A DNA stretch of 63,307 nucleotides, the filler included, from Lenisia limosa (Eukaryota; Protista; Breviatea), in NCBI GenBank assembly GCA_001655205.1. It is 17 parts of 17 records of this genome, joined end to end, with 100 filler letters (N's around TTAATTAATTAA, not from the genome) between each part and the next. Parts side by side here need not be neighbours in the genome. Positions count along the whole stretch, not along the records: positions 40,926 to 51,557 come from LPNZ01011095.1; positions 51,658 to 52,800 come from LPNZ01002312.1; positions 52,901 to 56,597 come from LPNZ01001044.1; positions 56,698 to 57,955 come from LPNZ01001329.1; positions 58,056 to 63,307 come from LPNZ01010445.1; 12 more parts are not named here. One strand, given 5' to 3'. Shown here one piece after another: positions 51,385 to 62,701 of this stretch (the stretch's first letter is position 1; every line of letters begins with the position of its first letter). A program made the position numbers and the translations under genes. A model generated the notes under the pieces. It ran no database searches and had not been told where the DNA came from. It worked only from the letters and a program-made list of their open reading frames with translations.

Positions 51385-52241
51385 ATATGATAAAGGTAAT
51401 CATCACATTGTATGATATGTATAATAATAATGCGCAGTCTGTACACATATACTAGTATATAGAATATCAAACAGCTACATAAAAACATACGATAGAAACA
51501 AGGAAAAGGGAATTATATTAGCAATAAGAAATAAAAAATAAGGTTGTATCTGGCCGANNNNNNNNNNNNNNNNNNNNNNNNNNNNNNNNNNNNNNNNNNN
51601 NTTAATTAATTAANNNNNNNNNNNNNNNNNNNNNNNNNNNNNNNNNNNNNNNNNNNNCTTCTTCACGAGAGTAAAAGCAAATACGTAGCTCCTTTCATCG
51701 GTATATTAGGCTTGATAGACGAAAGGAAAACATCTGATGATAATGACAGCTAACTGAAAAAAGATTCAGGATTAAAAAAAAACACTAAAATTGAAAAAAA
51801 AAAAATTTTGAAAAGGAGGGAGGAAAGAGAACTGAACTACGTGCCGCCCCCACCCCTTATTAATTTTAATTTCCGTTCGCAGTCAATTCGGAGTTGCCTG
51901 TTTTCTACTCCTATGTATTTATTTCTTCCCTATATCCCTGCTGTTTAAATGTTTATTATGTCTTGATCGAAAACATAAAGGTGCATGCATCCATTTTCAA
52001 GTATCATGACCCAGTACATCAAGTTCAGAGTGTAGCATTACACATGTTTGTGATAGAAAAGCTCATGGTTTCAGGAGGAAATGAATTTTGAAGATAGAAG
52101 TAAAATGAATTTCGTCTCGCCAACAACTCATTTTGGTCTTAAACCATAGTAAAGTAGACATACCATTTACATACTACCGAGGATCAAAATACAATAGAAA
52201 CACAAAAACTAGAAAAAAATTTCCACATAAAGCACCCGATG

Positions 52242-52593
52242 TCAATGGAGGGATTTGAGAAGCTGGTGCACTCGTTTGAGTCGGATGTCGAGGACGTCCT
52301 TGGACACAATGTTGTCGTCAAGATTCAGATACTCGTAGCACATTTCGTCAATATCAAGGTTGCCTAAAAAGTCACGGAAACTCAAATACCCAATTACTGA
52401 TACTCTCACAGCTGCACATCAATGAAAAAAAAAGAAGTTCAAAATCAAAATGAATAGTAATGCTGTAACCCTCACTCAAGCTTCCTCCTCAGGCTCAATT
52501 CAGAAATTGCCCACCTTGGGTCACAAGGACCCCCCACCTCGAGTGACAAGAACCAAAGAGTGAGACGCTGCCTCAATAAACGGCTCCTTAGCT
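52242..52593 (-). CDS. 3' end of a hypothetical gene
   Basis: AKEPFIEAASHSLVLVTR|G NLDIDEMCYEYLNLDDNIVSKDVLDIRLKRVHQLLKSLH* with phase-compatible splicing. Confidence 0.5.
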
Positions 52594-52595
52594 CT

Positions 52596-52685
52596 GCAAT
52601 GTAAGGTCATGGGTGTTTGCAATGTAAGGTCATGGGTGTTTGCAATGTAAGGTCATGAGTGTTTGCAATGTAAGGCCATAGGTGT
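52596..52685. repeat. 23-bp tandem repeat, about 4 copies, at an intron 3' end
   Basis: GCAATGTAAGGTCATG(G/A)GTGTTT repeated. Confidence 0.92.
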
Positions 52686-53269
52686 GCATACGGTTAAGTG
52701 TGTAGAAAAATGTAAACAGAGTCAACTACGGAAGACAAAACAAATGATTGTGAACCCCAAATAAATAAGGTGGAAAATGGTCAAAGGGGGGGGGGGGGGG
52801 NNNNNNNNNNNNNNNNNNNNNNNNNNNNNNNNNNNNNNNNNNNNTTAATTAATTAANNNNNNNNNNNNNNNNNNNNNNNNNNNNNNNNNNNNNNNNNNNN
52901 TAAAGCAAAGGAAATATTGAAAAGACTATTTGCGTAACGGTACTAATCACGAACTAGATAATCTGAAACTCCAAACAAAAAAACAAACAAAATAAAGCAG
53001 CAGCAAAAAACAAACCTTGAGGACACCTTGTCGTCAAAGAGGTTCTTAATGTTCAGTTTGATGATCAGGAAAATGCCAAGGGGGATACCTGCTCTGTTAG
53101 ATATACTATGTATGCTATCTAAATAGATAGCTGAACATCATCACTCCTATAAGAGAAATTGGAAAGAGACAAGGAAGAAATGATGATAATAATAAAAAGT
53201 GACATAGCAAGGACAAATTTCGCTGTGGTCCGTGTATCTGAGTGCAAAATAAAAAAATCAAGCCATTGA

Positions 53270-53960
53270 CTGTACGTGGAGATAGGGTATTACTTTGGCT
53301 TTTGAACTGTCTGAGTGGAATCTGTGAAAACAACTTGTCAAATATTTTAAAGGCCAAATTAGTCACAAATATAGGGCCAATAGATTTCGGGAGTGTCGCC
53401 AAATTAAAGGACTCGGTGGAGGAGGAGCAGGACTTCCGCCCCAAGACTCTAAGCACGCATCTTGGTTAGGGGTCACGGAAAACTATATTTATGTAATGTT
53501 CTATAGGTACAATGTGTGACAGCTCTGACTTTCTCTTATTTTCATCATTTCACATAATACATATGTATAAGTTGTATAGTATCTGTGTTATTTTATAAAT
53601 AGTATGCTGACCCTGTTTTAGGTGAAAACGACGTTTCATATGACCTTCAAGTCGAGCCGGAGGGAAAGCTGACGTTCTTTTCCCGCATGAACTTTTCCGC
53701 TGTAGACAATTTGGACAGGCTGCTTTAGACCCTCAAAGTTTGTTTAACAAACGGAATTCGTGTCATCTCAATTGGAATGGACGGGCACAAAAGCCATTAC
53801 CGTACGATCGAGGCGTATTGTTCATCAAAACTCTGGACGTTTCTGCGAGAGGTTGGGAACAACACCCGCCGTTCGTGGTCTCAATCTGTCCTGTCATCGC
53901 CACCACTTGACCCTCAATTCAAGGATGCTGCTTACGGAGATGGGCCTCAGACAGTTGGTA
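53270..53960 (+). CDS. Hypothetical protein exons
   Basis: GT-AG-bounded open segments DFGSVAKLKDSVEEEQDFRPKTLSTHL, GENDVSYDLQVEPEGKLTFFSRMNFSA, PLPYDRGVLFIKTLDVSAR; family unknown. Confidence 0.35.
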
Positions 53961-54432
53961 AAGTTCTGGCACATTTAACGTTGAGATTTGAGCTCTTATT
54001 GTTTTAAAAATATCATAAATCGAATAAAAACATGGCGTGGTTTTACTAACCTATATCATATTCAAGTCAATCAATGTCACAAATGTTGCTGAATTCCAGC
54101 CTCAAGAGAGGGTTCCAATTGTTGCAACACACCATTTCAATATGGACTTGAATGTTGGCTTTTCTGACTAGGGATCAAAAAGGGGATCAATTCGGGCTCA
54201 TAGCCGACGGCGCACTTTCCGTGACCGAGACAAGCAGAACTATACGGGCGTGTATAATTAATCACGCATTTCAAACAGTTGATTTTTTTATTGTTTAGTC
54301 TGTTAGAAAAAAATATTTTACTGTGATTCCTAACACTTTCATTTTGACTCCGCGGCAAAAAAAAAAGAAGATAAGAATAGATACAGGAGACTCAAATATT
54401 TAACTTTGTCGTAATCCCCCCTTGCTACTCAC

Positions 54433-56400
54433 CAAGGACATATACGATCAAGCCTATCAAGGCTACAGGAAGCCACTTGAGATGAACTGACGCATAGCAG
54501 CGAATACTGGGATCTGAGGCATCAGTAAGGGGGGGGGGGACTGAACAGAGGCTACGATATACTGTGACAATGGTAAGTTTTTGACCGAATTTCAATATAA
54601 TATTCCAAGGAAAGTTTTTGTAGTACTTAGCACTCCCCGTCCAGCCTCACGAGCGTCAAGGGTGAACACGCCATGGCCCTGGTCGGTGCAGTCAAAGTAC
54701 TGGAGTACGGAATATGCCGCTGGGAGGTATATTACAACCGTCATGATCGTCAGCGTCCGAACAAGCGCATTTCTAAGGAGGGGGATTGGTGTAAAAATGA
54801 CAAGTTTAGGAAACAAAACACAAAATCAATTCCATTGGGTTAAACAAAAAAAAAAACAAANNNNNNNNNNNNNNNNNNNNNNNNNNNNNNNNNNNNNNNN
54901 NNNNNNNNNNNNNNNNNNNNNNNNNNNNNNNNNNNNNNNNNNNNNNNAATTACGAAACAAATTAGTGAAAGAAGGAATATGATCCTCATTTCTATGATAC
55001 GCCGCATATCATGAAAGGGCAAGAATTATATGATTACATTACGCTGCTTCATGAAGAATAAAATAGTCTCATATTTTATAGTCATAATAGCATCATTTTT
55101 TGATAATTATTAGGTAGTCATCTCTTTGATCATTATACTTCCCACAAGACCAGCCAACTTCAGAGCTTCATCCCAGGTCTTTGTTCCCGTGAGGGTGTGA
55201 AGCTGGTTTTTCATCAGAATTCTGCCAAGGAAGTAGAGGCAGATCACGACAAGGGCAATAATAAATGGAAGCAGAAGCTGGAGATTTGAGTCAGTGACAA
55301 AGGAGCTGGGGGTATTGTGAGACAAATAATGAAGGGCATCTCGAAGATCAATTATAAATATTCCACTGTTACTTATTACCTGAGAAAAAAATTAATAAGA
55401 TGACTAACCTTGATAACGAGGGTGGCGAAGAACGAGAGTGAATGGTGAATGGTGCACTCTGGGGCAGAGAGCTACGGAATAACAAGGAAGATAATTCAAT
55501 ATCTTTCGTAAATGGACTTCGTAATCTTTCAAGCTATTGGTAAGTGGAGGTGAGGGAGGGGTTCACAGAGTTATTTAGGTTGTATTTATATATGATCTCT
55601 TTAAAAAACATCACACCTGTACGTTAAAGTTGAGAATGCTGAGAGAATTGAGAATGAAAGCTACTTCAGTTGGCCAATTCAGGTCGAACTTGCCATATAA
55701 GGCAGCTGCCTAAAGCGGGTAAGGCTAATAAATTGTATCATATCTTCCAATAGTATGATGAGAAATGTAAAAATGTAATGATTCACCGACACTGTCAGTG
55801 ATACCTATTGATGGATTCTCGCGTGGTACCAACGTACCAAAGAGAGGGGAAATAAAACAAGGTATCTGGTCAAAGCCGTCCACATCATCACGCTTATAAG
55901 AGATACTGGATTATAGTATATTACTATTAATTTACCCAATCATTTGCCTAAAACTCTGTGCACAGTTATCTGCCAGCATACCTGGAGGAAAAGGAAGAGG
56001 ATGCGAACAGAGCTCCATCTGTACAGTAATAATAATAAAAATAAATAATAATAATAATAACTACATGGTAGATAGTACACTGTTTGCAGTATATAAAAAC
56101 TATCATCAGACTCAAAACTATCATCACAAATGTCTTAGGCAGTTTGAAAACCCAAAATTTCTTGAAAAAGAACAATACCATCTAATGGCAACAAAATTTA
56201 ATATCATCTTCTATCCTATGTTATGATCTCATTAGTTGTGTTATTTTAGATGCACCATGAAAGCGACGCAAGCCATTCGAACCTGTTGTTCAACGAGGGG
56301 TTCACAGACGACACGAAGACCACCAGGGACATAATAATCACCAAGATTACCCCGAGAGGAAGCAGTAAGTTGGCCACTAGACGCTTGAGGAAAAACTCAA
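54433..56400 (-). CDS. Polytopic (7TM-like) membrane protein of a widespread protist type, partial
   Basis: LLLPLGVILVIIMSLVVFVSSVNPSLNNR/WSSVRILFLFLQ/AAALYGKFDLNWPTEVAFILNSLSILNFN/LSAPECT../..LLPFIIALVVICLYFLG../NALVRTLTIMTVVIYLPAAYSVLQYFDCTDQGHGVFTLDA/HPSIRCYASVHLKWLPVALIGLIVYVLG: the WP..FNFN..PEC and F.C..L...PSI.C..H pattern; junction phases compatible where checked. Confidence 0.75.
55846..55981 (-). repeat. Repeat family 1 copy whose terminus forms a predicted 5' splice site
   Basis: On -: exon ..TTCCTCCAG|GTATGCTGGCAGATAACTGTGCACAGAGTTTTAGGCAAATGATTGGG..; the element starts exactly at the GT. Confidence 0.88.
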
Positions 56401-57431
56401 CTTAAAATGGGGACATATTTTAATGAAGGCCAATTCTTCAGACTAAAAACTCGAAAATTAAAAACACATTGCAAGAAAAGATGAATTGCACAGATCCCTT
56501 GGGCTGGAAAACTGGAAAAGAGCAAGATGAGAAAACCAAGAAAACATCGTATTATTATATAGTAGGACATATAGGTGTGTATGTGTGAATGTTTGGGNNN
56601 NNNNNNNNNNNNNNNNNNNNNNNNNNNNNNNNNNNNNNNNNTTAATTAATTAANNNNNNNNNNNNNNNNNNNNNNNNNNNNNNNNNNNNNNNNNNNNAGC
56701 AATTGCAAATGGTTCAGTCTCAGTTCGCCTGCCACCCCAACTAGCATCAAACCCTTCCTGCAATCTTCTTCTTGGTTCTCTTCCAAAATGCCGTGAGTGA
56801 TGATGATGTTGATATTGGGGATGTTGACGATGATGTTTCAGTTCCGTGCTTCTGCAAATCTTTTCCTTTATGTTCACCCCCACCCCCCAATGCTTTGTTT
56901 TGTTGTTCTCAACCCTCGTGTGTTGTCAGCCAACAGAGGCTTTCTTGTTTCATAAATTTCTCAATTTCGAGCGGTGGTGGGACTCTTCAAAGGCTGGCTA
57001 GGACTTGATTTTGTTTTTGTGTTTTTGTCATCTGGCTTTTGTCTAGCGTTGGTTGCTCATGTTTGTTTTTGCTTGTTTTTTTGTTTTTTTGCAGTTTTAG
57101 ATTATTCNNNNNNNNNNNNNNNNNNNNNNNNNNNNNNNNNNNNNNNNNNNNNNNNNNNNNNNNNNNNNNNNNNNNNNNNNNNNNNNNNNNNNNNNNNNNN
57201 NNNNNNNNNNNNNNNNNNNNNNNNNNNNNNNNNNNNNNNNNNNNNNNNNNNNNNGACCAATCAACGTCAAAGTGGGGTCAAAGGACATTTTGATGAAGAA
57301 ACTGAGAGAAAGAGGCAAATTTGTTGTTTTCACCTCGTGTTGCTGCCAATAGCGTTAATTTTGGGCTTTTTTTTGTTGTTTCGTAATTTTCTTATTCCCC
57401 CCTTCTCCTCTAAATTAGTAACCCCCCATAG

Positions 57432-57812
57432 ACTGCGTGCTGCTGCGATTTTGGCCTCAAGGACCCCCAGCGAATCACCCCCATCGATACAATTCCCGTC
57501 CAAGTGGAGGTTAGCGGCGCACTGAAAAGGCATTCTGTTGATGATGGTGATGATGAATGTGTTGTCGATAAATATTGATAAATGATTGTTTTGAGAAAGG
57601 TGATTAATGGTTGTTTTTAGACACATAATCATATCGTTTAGCAATGTGATAATACACATCCATCATATATTTCGGATAATGGGAATACTAATTGGTTTCA
57701 GATTTTGTACCAACCACCCAAAGGCGAGTGGCGTCTTCGCGTTATTTCGACGGATATTGAAGTGACTCGAAACCGCTCGGAAGCCAACGAGACCGTGGAC
57801 GTGTCCGTGGTG
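57432..57812 (+). CDS. Exons resembling the Sec23/24-type beta-sandwich region of vWA proteins (circularly permuted Ras-like)
   Basis: TACCCDFGLKDPQRITPIDTIPVQVE/ILYQPPKGEWRLRVISTDIEVTRNRSEANETVDVSV; phase 0-0 join; the Q.EI.Y...G...LRV.S....T..R..A pattern is recalled from memory, not searched. Confidence 0.4.
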
Positions 57813-58055
57813 GGCGGTGGCTGTAGACGGCTTCAGCTTGATACAACCTTGTTTGATTTACCATCTGTATATATTATACATATAATATGTACATGGTATA
57901 CAGTGTAGATATGATATACTCTATATTCACAATATGAAGTAGGTGAGACTGCTTTNNNNNNNNNNNNNNNNNNNNNNNNNNNNNNNNNNNNNNNNNNNNT
58001 TAATTAATTAANNNNNNNNNNNNNNNNNNNNNNNNNNNNNNNNNNNNNNNNNNNN

Positions 58056-58887
58056 ACATGATTAAAACCGCGAACAAAAAGGAGGCTTTTCTTTCAATTT
58101 TTGAGCCAATACGCTTTCGCATTTTTTTGCAATTTATACAGGGTTTTATTCATAAGAATGGGCAGGTGTATCAACATAAATGCACAATACCACCTTCATG
58201 GTACTTCAATTTTTCATGCGAAATACATTAAAAACACTGATTATGGGCCTAGAATTGTCCCTGCGATAAAGTGAAGACGTTCTTACACAATCAGATTTGA
58301 TTTTTTTCCACCCTTGAGTAACCTTGAGGCATTTAAATAGAGAATATGAGACAAATTGGGCAAAAAATGAGCGTAAATTATGATAGAAGATGTTAATAAA
58401 TCAAGCGAATTTGACTCTTACCTTATGTGCTGTTCCAGAACGGTAAATGGATTGTTGACGCAGCATATACTTTAATCAGACATCTATTTCGTCCATTGGC
58501 TCCATTATAGAGACTGAACAAGGACAATCCTTGAAAAAACCGTTACAAAAGTTGACTTAAACTCAAACCACTACATTTTCTCCAAAAATGGACTTCAGAT
58601 TCGAATTCTCCTTAAAAATCTGCGTTTCTAGTGTGGGGCACTTTAATAGGCATATTTTCGCGTCAAGGGAACTGGTGATCCCGGCCGTGTTCCTGATCAA
58701 AAGATCTTTTTTTTCGATTTTTTTATCTCCTCTTTTTTCTTTTTGCTCAAAATTCTTTGTTTTGATGTTATTGATAGTCTAGTACTCAAAACTGCCGATT
58801 TTCACACCAAAAAGGGTGTTATTGAAGCGATTTATGTCGGTTTTTGGCTTGTTCGCGATTTTAATCATGTTCGCGGTTGTAAACACC
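58056..58887. mobile_element. Non-autonomous TIR element, at least 830 bp (left end cut by the scaffold edge)
   Basis: ACATGATTAAAACCGCGAACAA at 58056 is the inverted match of TTGTTCGCGATTTTAATCATGT at ~58848-58870; the right end continues TCGCGGTTGTAAACACC; AT-rich interior with no convincing ORF. Confidence 0.75.
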
Positions 58888-59249
58888 AACCTATAATTTA
58901 TAACTAACACAAAGCAAACTCATCTGCATAGAGAGAGCAACAACGCAGAGCGTGGATGACACCGTAATCCTTTCCCAGAACCACCTGCTTCATCTTTAAG
59001 CAGGCAGGTAATCCAAAACGGGATCGCTACTTAAGGTGGTACTATCATGGATGTTCCTGAACCGAATTGTAAGTTCTTTCATGTTCCCCTTTTCCTCCTA
59101 ACATGATCATTCCCCTTTTCCTCCTAACATGATCAGAAAGAGATCAAGAAAACCCCCAACCCAGTTCTGCCTACCCTTTCTCTTGCTGATCCTATTACCC
59201 AGAAGACACCTCCTTCAATCGTTACTCAACTAGAAATGCCGCCGTCGAG

Positions 59250-60185
59250 TCTTCTGTTAAGAAAGATCTCCGCACCCAACTTCCGTCAAAGACTTCACCT
59301 TGCCGCTCTCCCTCCCACCAAAAATGATGGAGAGTTTTTGTTTTTTGAAATGTTTTTTGAACATGTTTACATTTTGTTTTAATTGTTATCCCCTCAAAGG
59401 ACCAAAAGACACTGCATCGACACGCTCTCTGCTTGTCTCTCCGTATTTCTTCGTGTAAATCTGAATTTGCTTTCATTGTATCAAAACCTCGTGTTTTATT
59501 CAGATAATCAACTGTTTTAGACACATTGTAATTCAATAACTATTGATGGTTCACATATTTAGCTCCATTATAACGTTCCACAATTCAGCATTATCCATGA
59601 CGGTACACATCCATTTGAAAACGACGCTCAAATCAAACTCATCATGGACGGTGAATGTAAAAGCCAGCATCACAAACAAGAGCAAAACCGCTCATGCTCA
59701 AAACAGTCATGGTCTGATCAAAACTACCGAACACCTGGTGATTCGCACCCTGTACCGAGTCATGTGGGACAAATTGCTGAGAAAGGGTGACGGAACAGAA
59801 GCGACATTCCGCCATAAAGAAGGATCACTACCACTAAACAAGCACTGGAAGGAGAAGACAAGGAAGACCGTACCACGCTCTAAGTCTTCGGATACACCTA
59901 TCAAGCTTGCAATCAAGAACAAAAGGACAATCAAAGACTTATCAACTTTGAAAGGAAGAAGTAAGAATGGCTCACTCCTATTTGTTTGGCCAAACGAACG
60001 TCCGGTGACAACCGCGAGTTTTTGAACGTCAGCTCCAAACTGACCTTACCAGGTTAGGAGAAGAGAAAGGTTACACAGGGCACTCATTTCACCGTGGGAA
60101 AGCTGATCATATCCTACGAACTACTGGCAGACTGGCCAAAGTCAAGAAGGATGGCAGATGGACAAGCGATGCCTACTTATGTTAA
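59250..60185 (+). pseudogene. Decayed tyrosine recombinase (DIRS/Ngaro/Crypton type)
   Basis: ..KLLRKGDGT (Arg box), LPLNKHWK, SLLFVWPNERPVTTASF, frameshift, ERQLQTDLTRLGEEKGYTGHSFHRGKAD..GRLAKVKKDGRWTSDAYLC*. Confidence 0.82.
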
Positions 60186-60344
60186 AAATTGGCTTCAGTC
60201 CTAATACATGTATCTGCTGTTGGATTATACGCTATATGGGTTGGGTTGGGCGTTTCAAACCCCCTTTTTTACAGAAAACCTCTAAACCCATTGTCGACAC
60301 TCTTCACGATATTGCCCACAATGGTCGCTGGTACACGTAATACC

Positions 60345-60925
60345 AGTGCTAGGAAGCGTGCCGCTTCCACCTTGACAAGAAGAGAGCTGAGGACGTCGAT
60401 TCCGACATCGACCTAGGAGGAGTTCGCATTTACCCCGATCCCCAAAAGAGCAGGTTTGCTTCTTAGGACATATTTACGGGTATTATTGTGTTATAAAACC
60501 CTCTTGATTCTGGTCATGTGACATTTTTAATTATGAAAGAGGTTATCCTGCTTCCAAGAGGAGTCATACAATGATGAATGCGATTTAAGCTTAACCAACC
60601 AATTTATGTTCTCTCATTGGTTTAGAAAGCGTCGAGAAGGCTGCTCCTTCTCAGCAGCAACAGCAACCTCCTGCTCCCGCCAGCGACTCCGCCTTGGCCC
60701 TCATCAAGGAGTTAAAGGTTTGCCTACATTTTCAGATAAAGACTAGGAGATGATGTTTCAAGCATTGTAACCAATGCAATAGTGCCGAAATCATTCTCAC
60801 CTTTCGGAACAACTCCGAGCTCCGTGCGGTCTTAACTGTACAAGTCCTCTGACACTTCATCCTCGGGAAATCAGCTCTTGACTTGCGTTCCAGCAGGCGA
60901 ACTTAAGCGTGCCAACGAGGTCATC
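60345..60925 (+). CDS. Hypothetical protein exons
   Basis: EACRFHLDKKRAEDVDSDIDL; ESVEKAAPSQQQQQPPAPASDSALALIKELK|gt; GC-richer than flanks; model incomplete. Confidence 0.35.
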
Positions 60926-61959
60926 TAGCCTATCCTGTAAGGTATCACATATTTGATTAAAAGACATGAATAAGGTTGATATGTTCATCAATCTGTTTAT
61001 TTTAATATAAAGGAAGAACTTCCTTATAAGGAAGGTATGTTTCTAAGATGATTAGTGTGGATTACCCAAAATTTTTATTTTCAAGAAATTGTGTAAGCAT
61101 CCTTGAATCACTTAACAATCGTTAAGCTTTGAAAAAAGGAGAGAAAAGAATGTTGATATTGTCTAACTTATCACATTAGTTACATATATTTGGGCACTCT
61201 TTTTAAGATCTTTGAAAAATGCGTCAATACTGAAAAGATGCTTGTAAAGAATAAGCTGCTCTTTACAAGAGCAGTTTAGCTGGTAAAACCTAAACACCAT
61301 ATTAAACATCTTCTTGGCTTTGCTTCACTTGATAAGGATGTAGGAAAAGTTTTGGCCATTTTCTTAAAATATGAAATTTCCTATTTTCAGTCGGGTTTAC
61401 ATATGTTTGCTCATATTCCTTCGGCCCACTATGCCTCGTTCGTTCCTCGGGACCTCCTTAAAACAACCGCGAGGGAACAGATGGCATAACATAGACTTCC
61501 AGTGAGAAAAGAAAAAGTACATTTTAAGGAAAATCACATTGTGGACATTTTTAAGGAGAATATAAACTGGGAATTATGATACATAAATTCTATTTTTTAA
61601 AAAACAGTACATTTATATTTTTGCATTTATGGTCTCTAGTTTCTGCCTCTTTAAAACGAAATTGTAAATCAGGTGCTACTCTGTTAAATTCCCTATCAAA
61701 ACGAGTTGCTGAAAGGCCGAAATTGCATAATGTTCTCATTGTTTTGCCTTCTGTTATCTTACAAGAATGAATTGGCCTGTATTTCTAAGCTACTCTGTTG
61801 CTCCTCTGACAAACAGCAGGTGATTTTATTTCGGTTTTTTTTTGCTATAACATTCATGATGAACCAGATTGAAGTAGTCTTCCCATATGGATGGAAGAAC
61901 TTTTAGAGTATTACTAGTATAACTTTTGTTTCAAAACATGTTACTAGAAACAGTTTGTA

Positions 61960-62420
61960 GTATTATATCCAAGTCAGGCTAGACGTCTTCTTTCACCTCG
62001 AAGCGCACCAGTTATTGTAAAAGACAGACGGTTTTTTATGGGAGAATCGTCTTTCATTAATATTCGTCTTTATGTATAACATGCGGCCTGAAGAACTCTG
62101 TAGCGAATTGTCATTACCTTGGAGCAACCGGGGATGAGGAGGGGAGCCTTGTTGGTGAGGAACTAACATTACCCTTCATGACACCGAATGTCATCCGCTC
62201 AACTGTTTGGAGAACGAGAGGTGTGGGATGGGAGGATGTAGACTTGGATGTGATAAGCACGCAGCTGCTCCAAGGCGAACGCTAGGAAAACGTTACATTT
62301 TGTGATGAGGCTTCTTTTGACAGGGAATCCACCTGTTCTTGTTTTGATAATTTTTCAAAATTGGTATTACGGCGTTTAATACGCTTTATTGCCTATCCAT
62401 CCTGCTTCGCCTTTGAAGAG
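61960..62420 (-). pseudogene. Decayed DDE_1 (pogo/Tc5/Fot1-like) transposase
   Basis: FALEQLRAYHIQVYILPSHTS, frameshift, VLQTVERMTFGVMK (compare LP.HTSH.LQPLD..FG..K); downstream RVLQAA and SFTITG; upstream GEAGWIG. Confidence 0.7.
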
Positions 62421-62701
62421 AATTGGCCAGAGCCCATTTTTGCGTGCTACTGTTTGTAATATCTCTCATTTTTGTTGGATCCTAAAAAAGAGAAATATTA
62501 GAGAATGACTTTGGAGATAGCTGGTACTCACGGATGATTGCCTCGTTTGAAACTGCGATGAGGTAGTAATCGATGAGATCAGTCCCAAAATCGTTTACTC
62601 TCTCAGTTTTCAATAATCACTTTTCGGCCAAAATCGATGATTTTTCTTTCAAAACAAAACGCTCGGAGAAACACACAAAACAAAAAAATAACTTCAACAT
62701 A

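Larger units (their letters stand above)
1820..58011. other. Artificial scaffold-joining linkers (TTAATTAATTAA flanked by N runs), 16 copies
   Basis: Identical 12-mer with stops in all six frames, embedded in N runs at 1820, 4625, 7283, 9788, 14628, 16105, 20483, 27016, 28311, 29590, 31128, 40870, 51602, 52845, 56642 and 58000. Confidence 0.97.

Noticed and set aside
56270-56290. GGTTCGAAT on the minus strand as a tRNA T-loop
   Set aside because: No cloverleaf stems; it falls at a predicted exon/donor junction of the membrane-protein gene.
115-57525. ORF-track entries containing X runs (e.g. 115-384, 13771-14067, 19948-20373, 24390-24905, 56974-57525)
   Set aside because: They are open only because N has no stop codons.
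1820-58011. TTAATTAATTAA as a recurring biological motif
   Set aside because: It always sits between fixed-length N runs; it is an artificial six-frame-stop linker.
59222-59536. Minus-strand ORF as a non-LTR retrotransposon zf-RVT tail (..KTLHHFWWEG)
   Set aside because: The Cys spacing is not preserved, and the plus strand better explains the region as the decayed N-terminal part of the recombinase.
60183-60185. TAA at the catalytic Tyr as evidence of stop-codon reassignment
   Set aside because: The AGC kinase ends in TAA and the METTL25-like and RasGEF genes end in TAG at expected C-termini; the element has other inactivating lesions.
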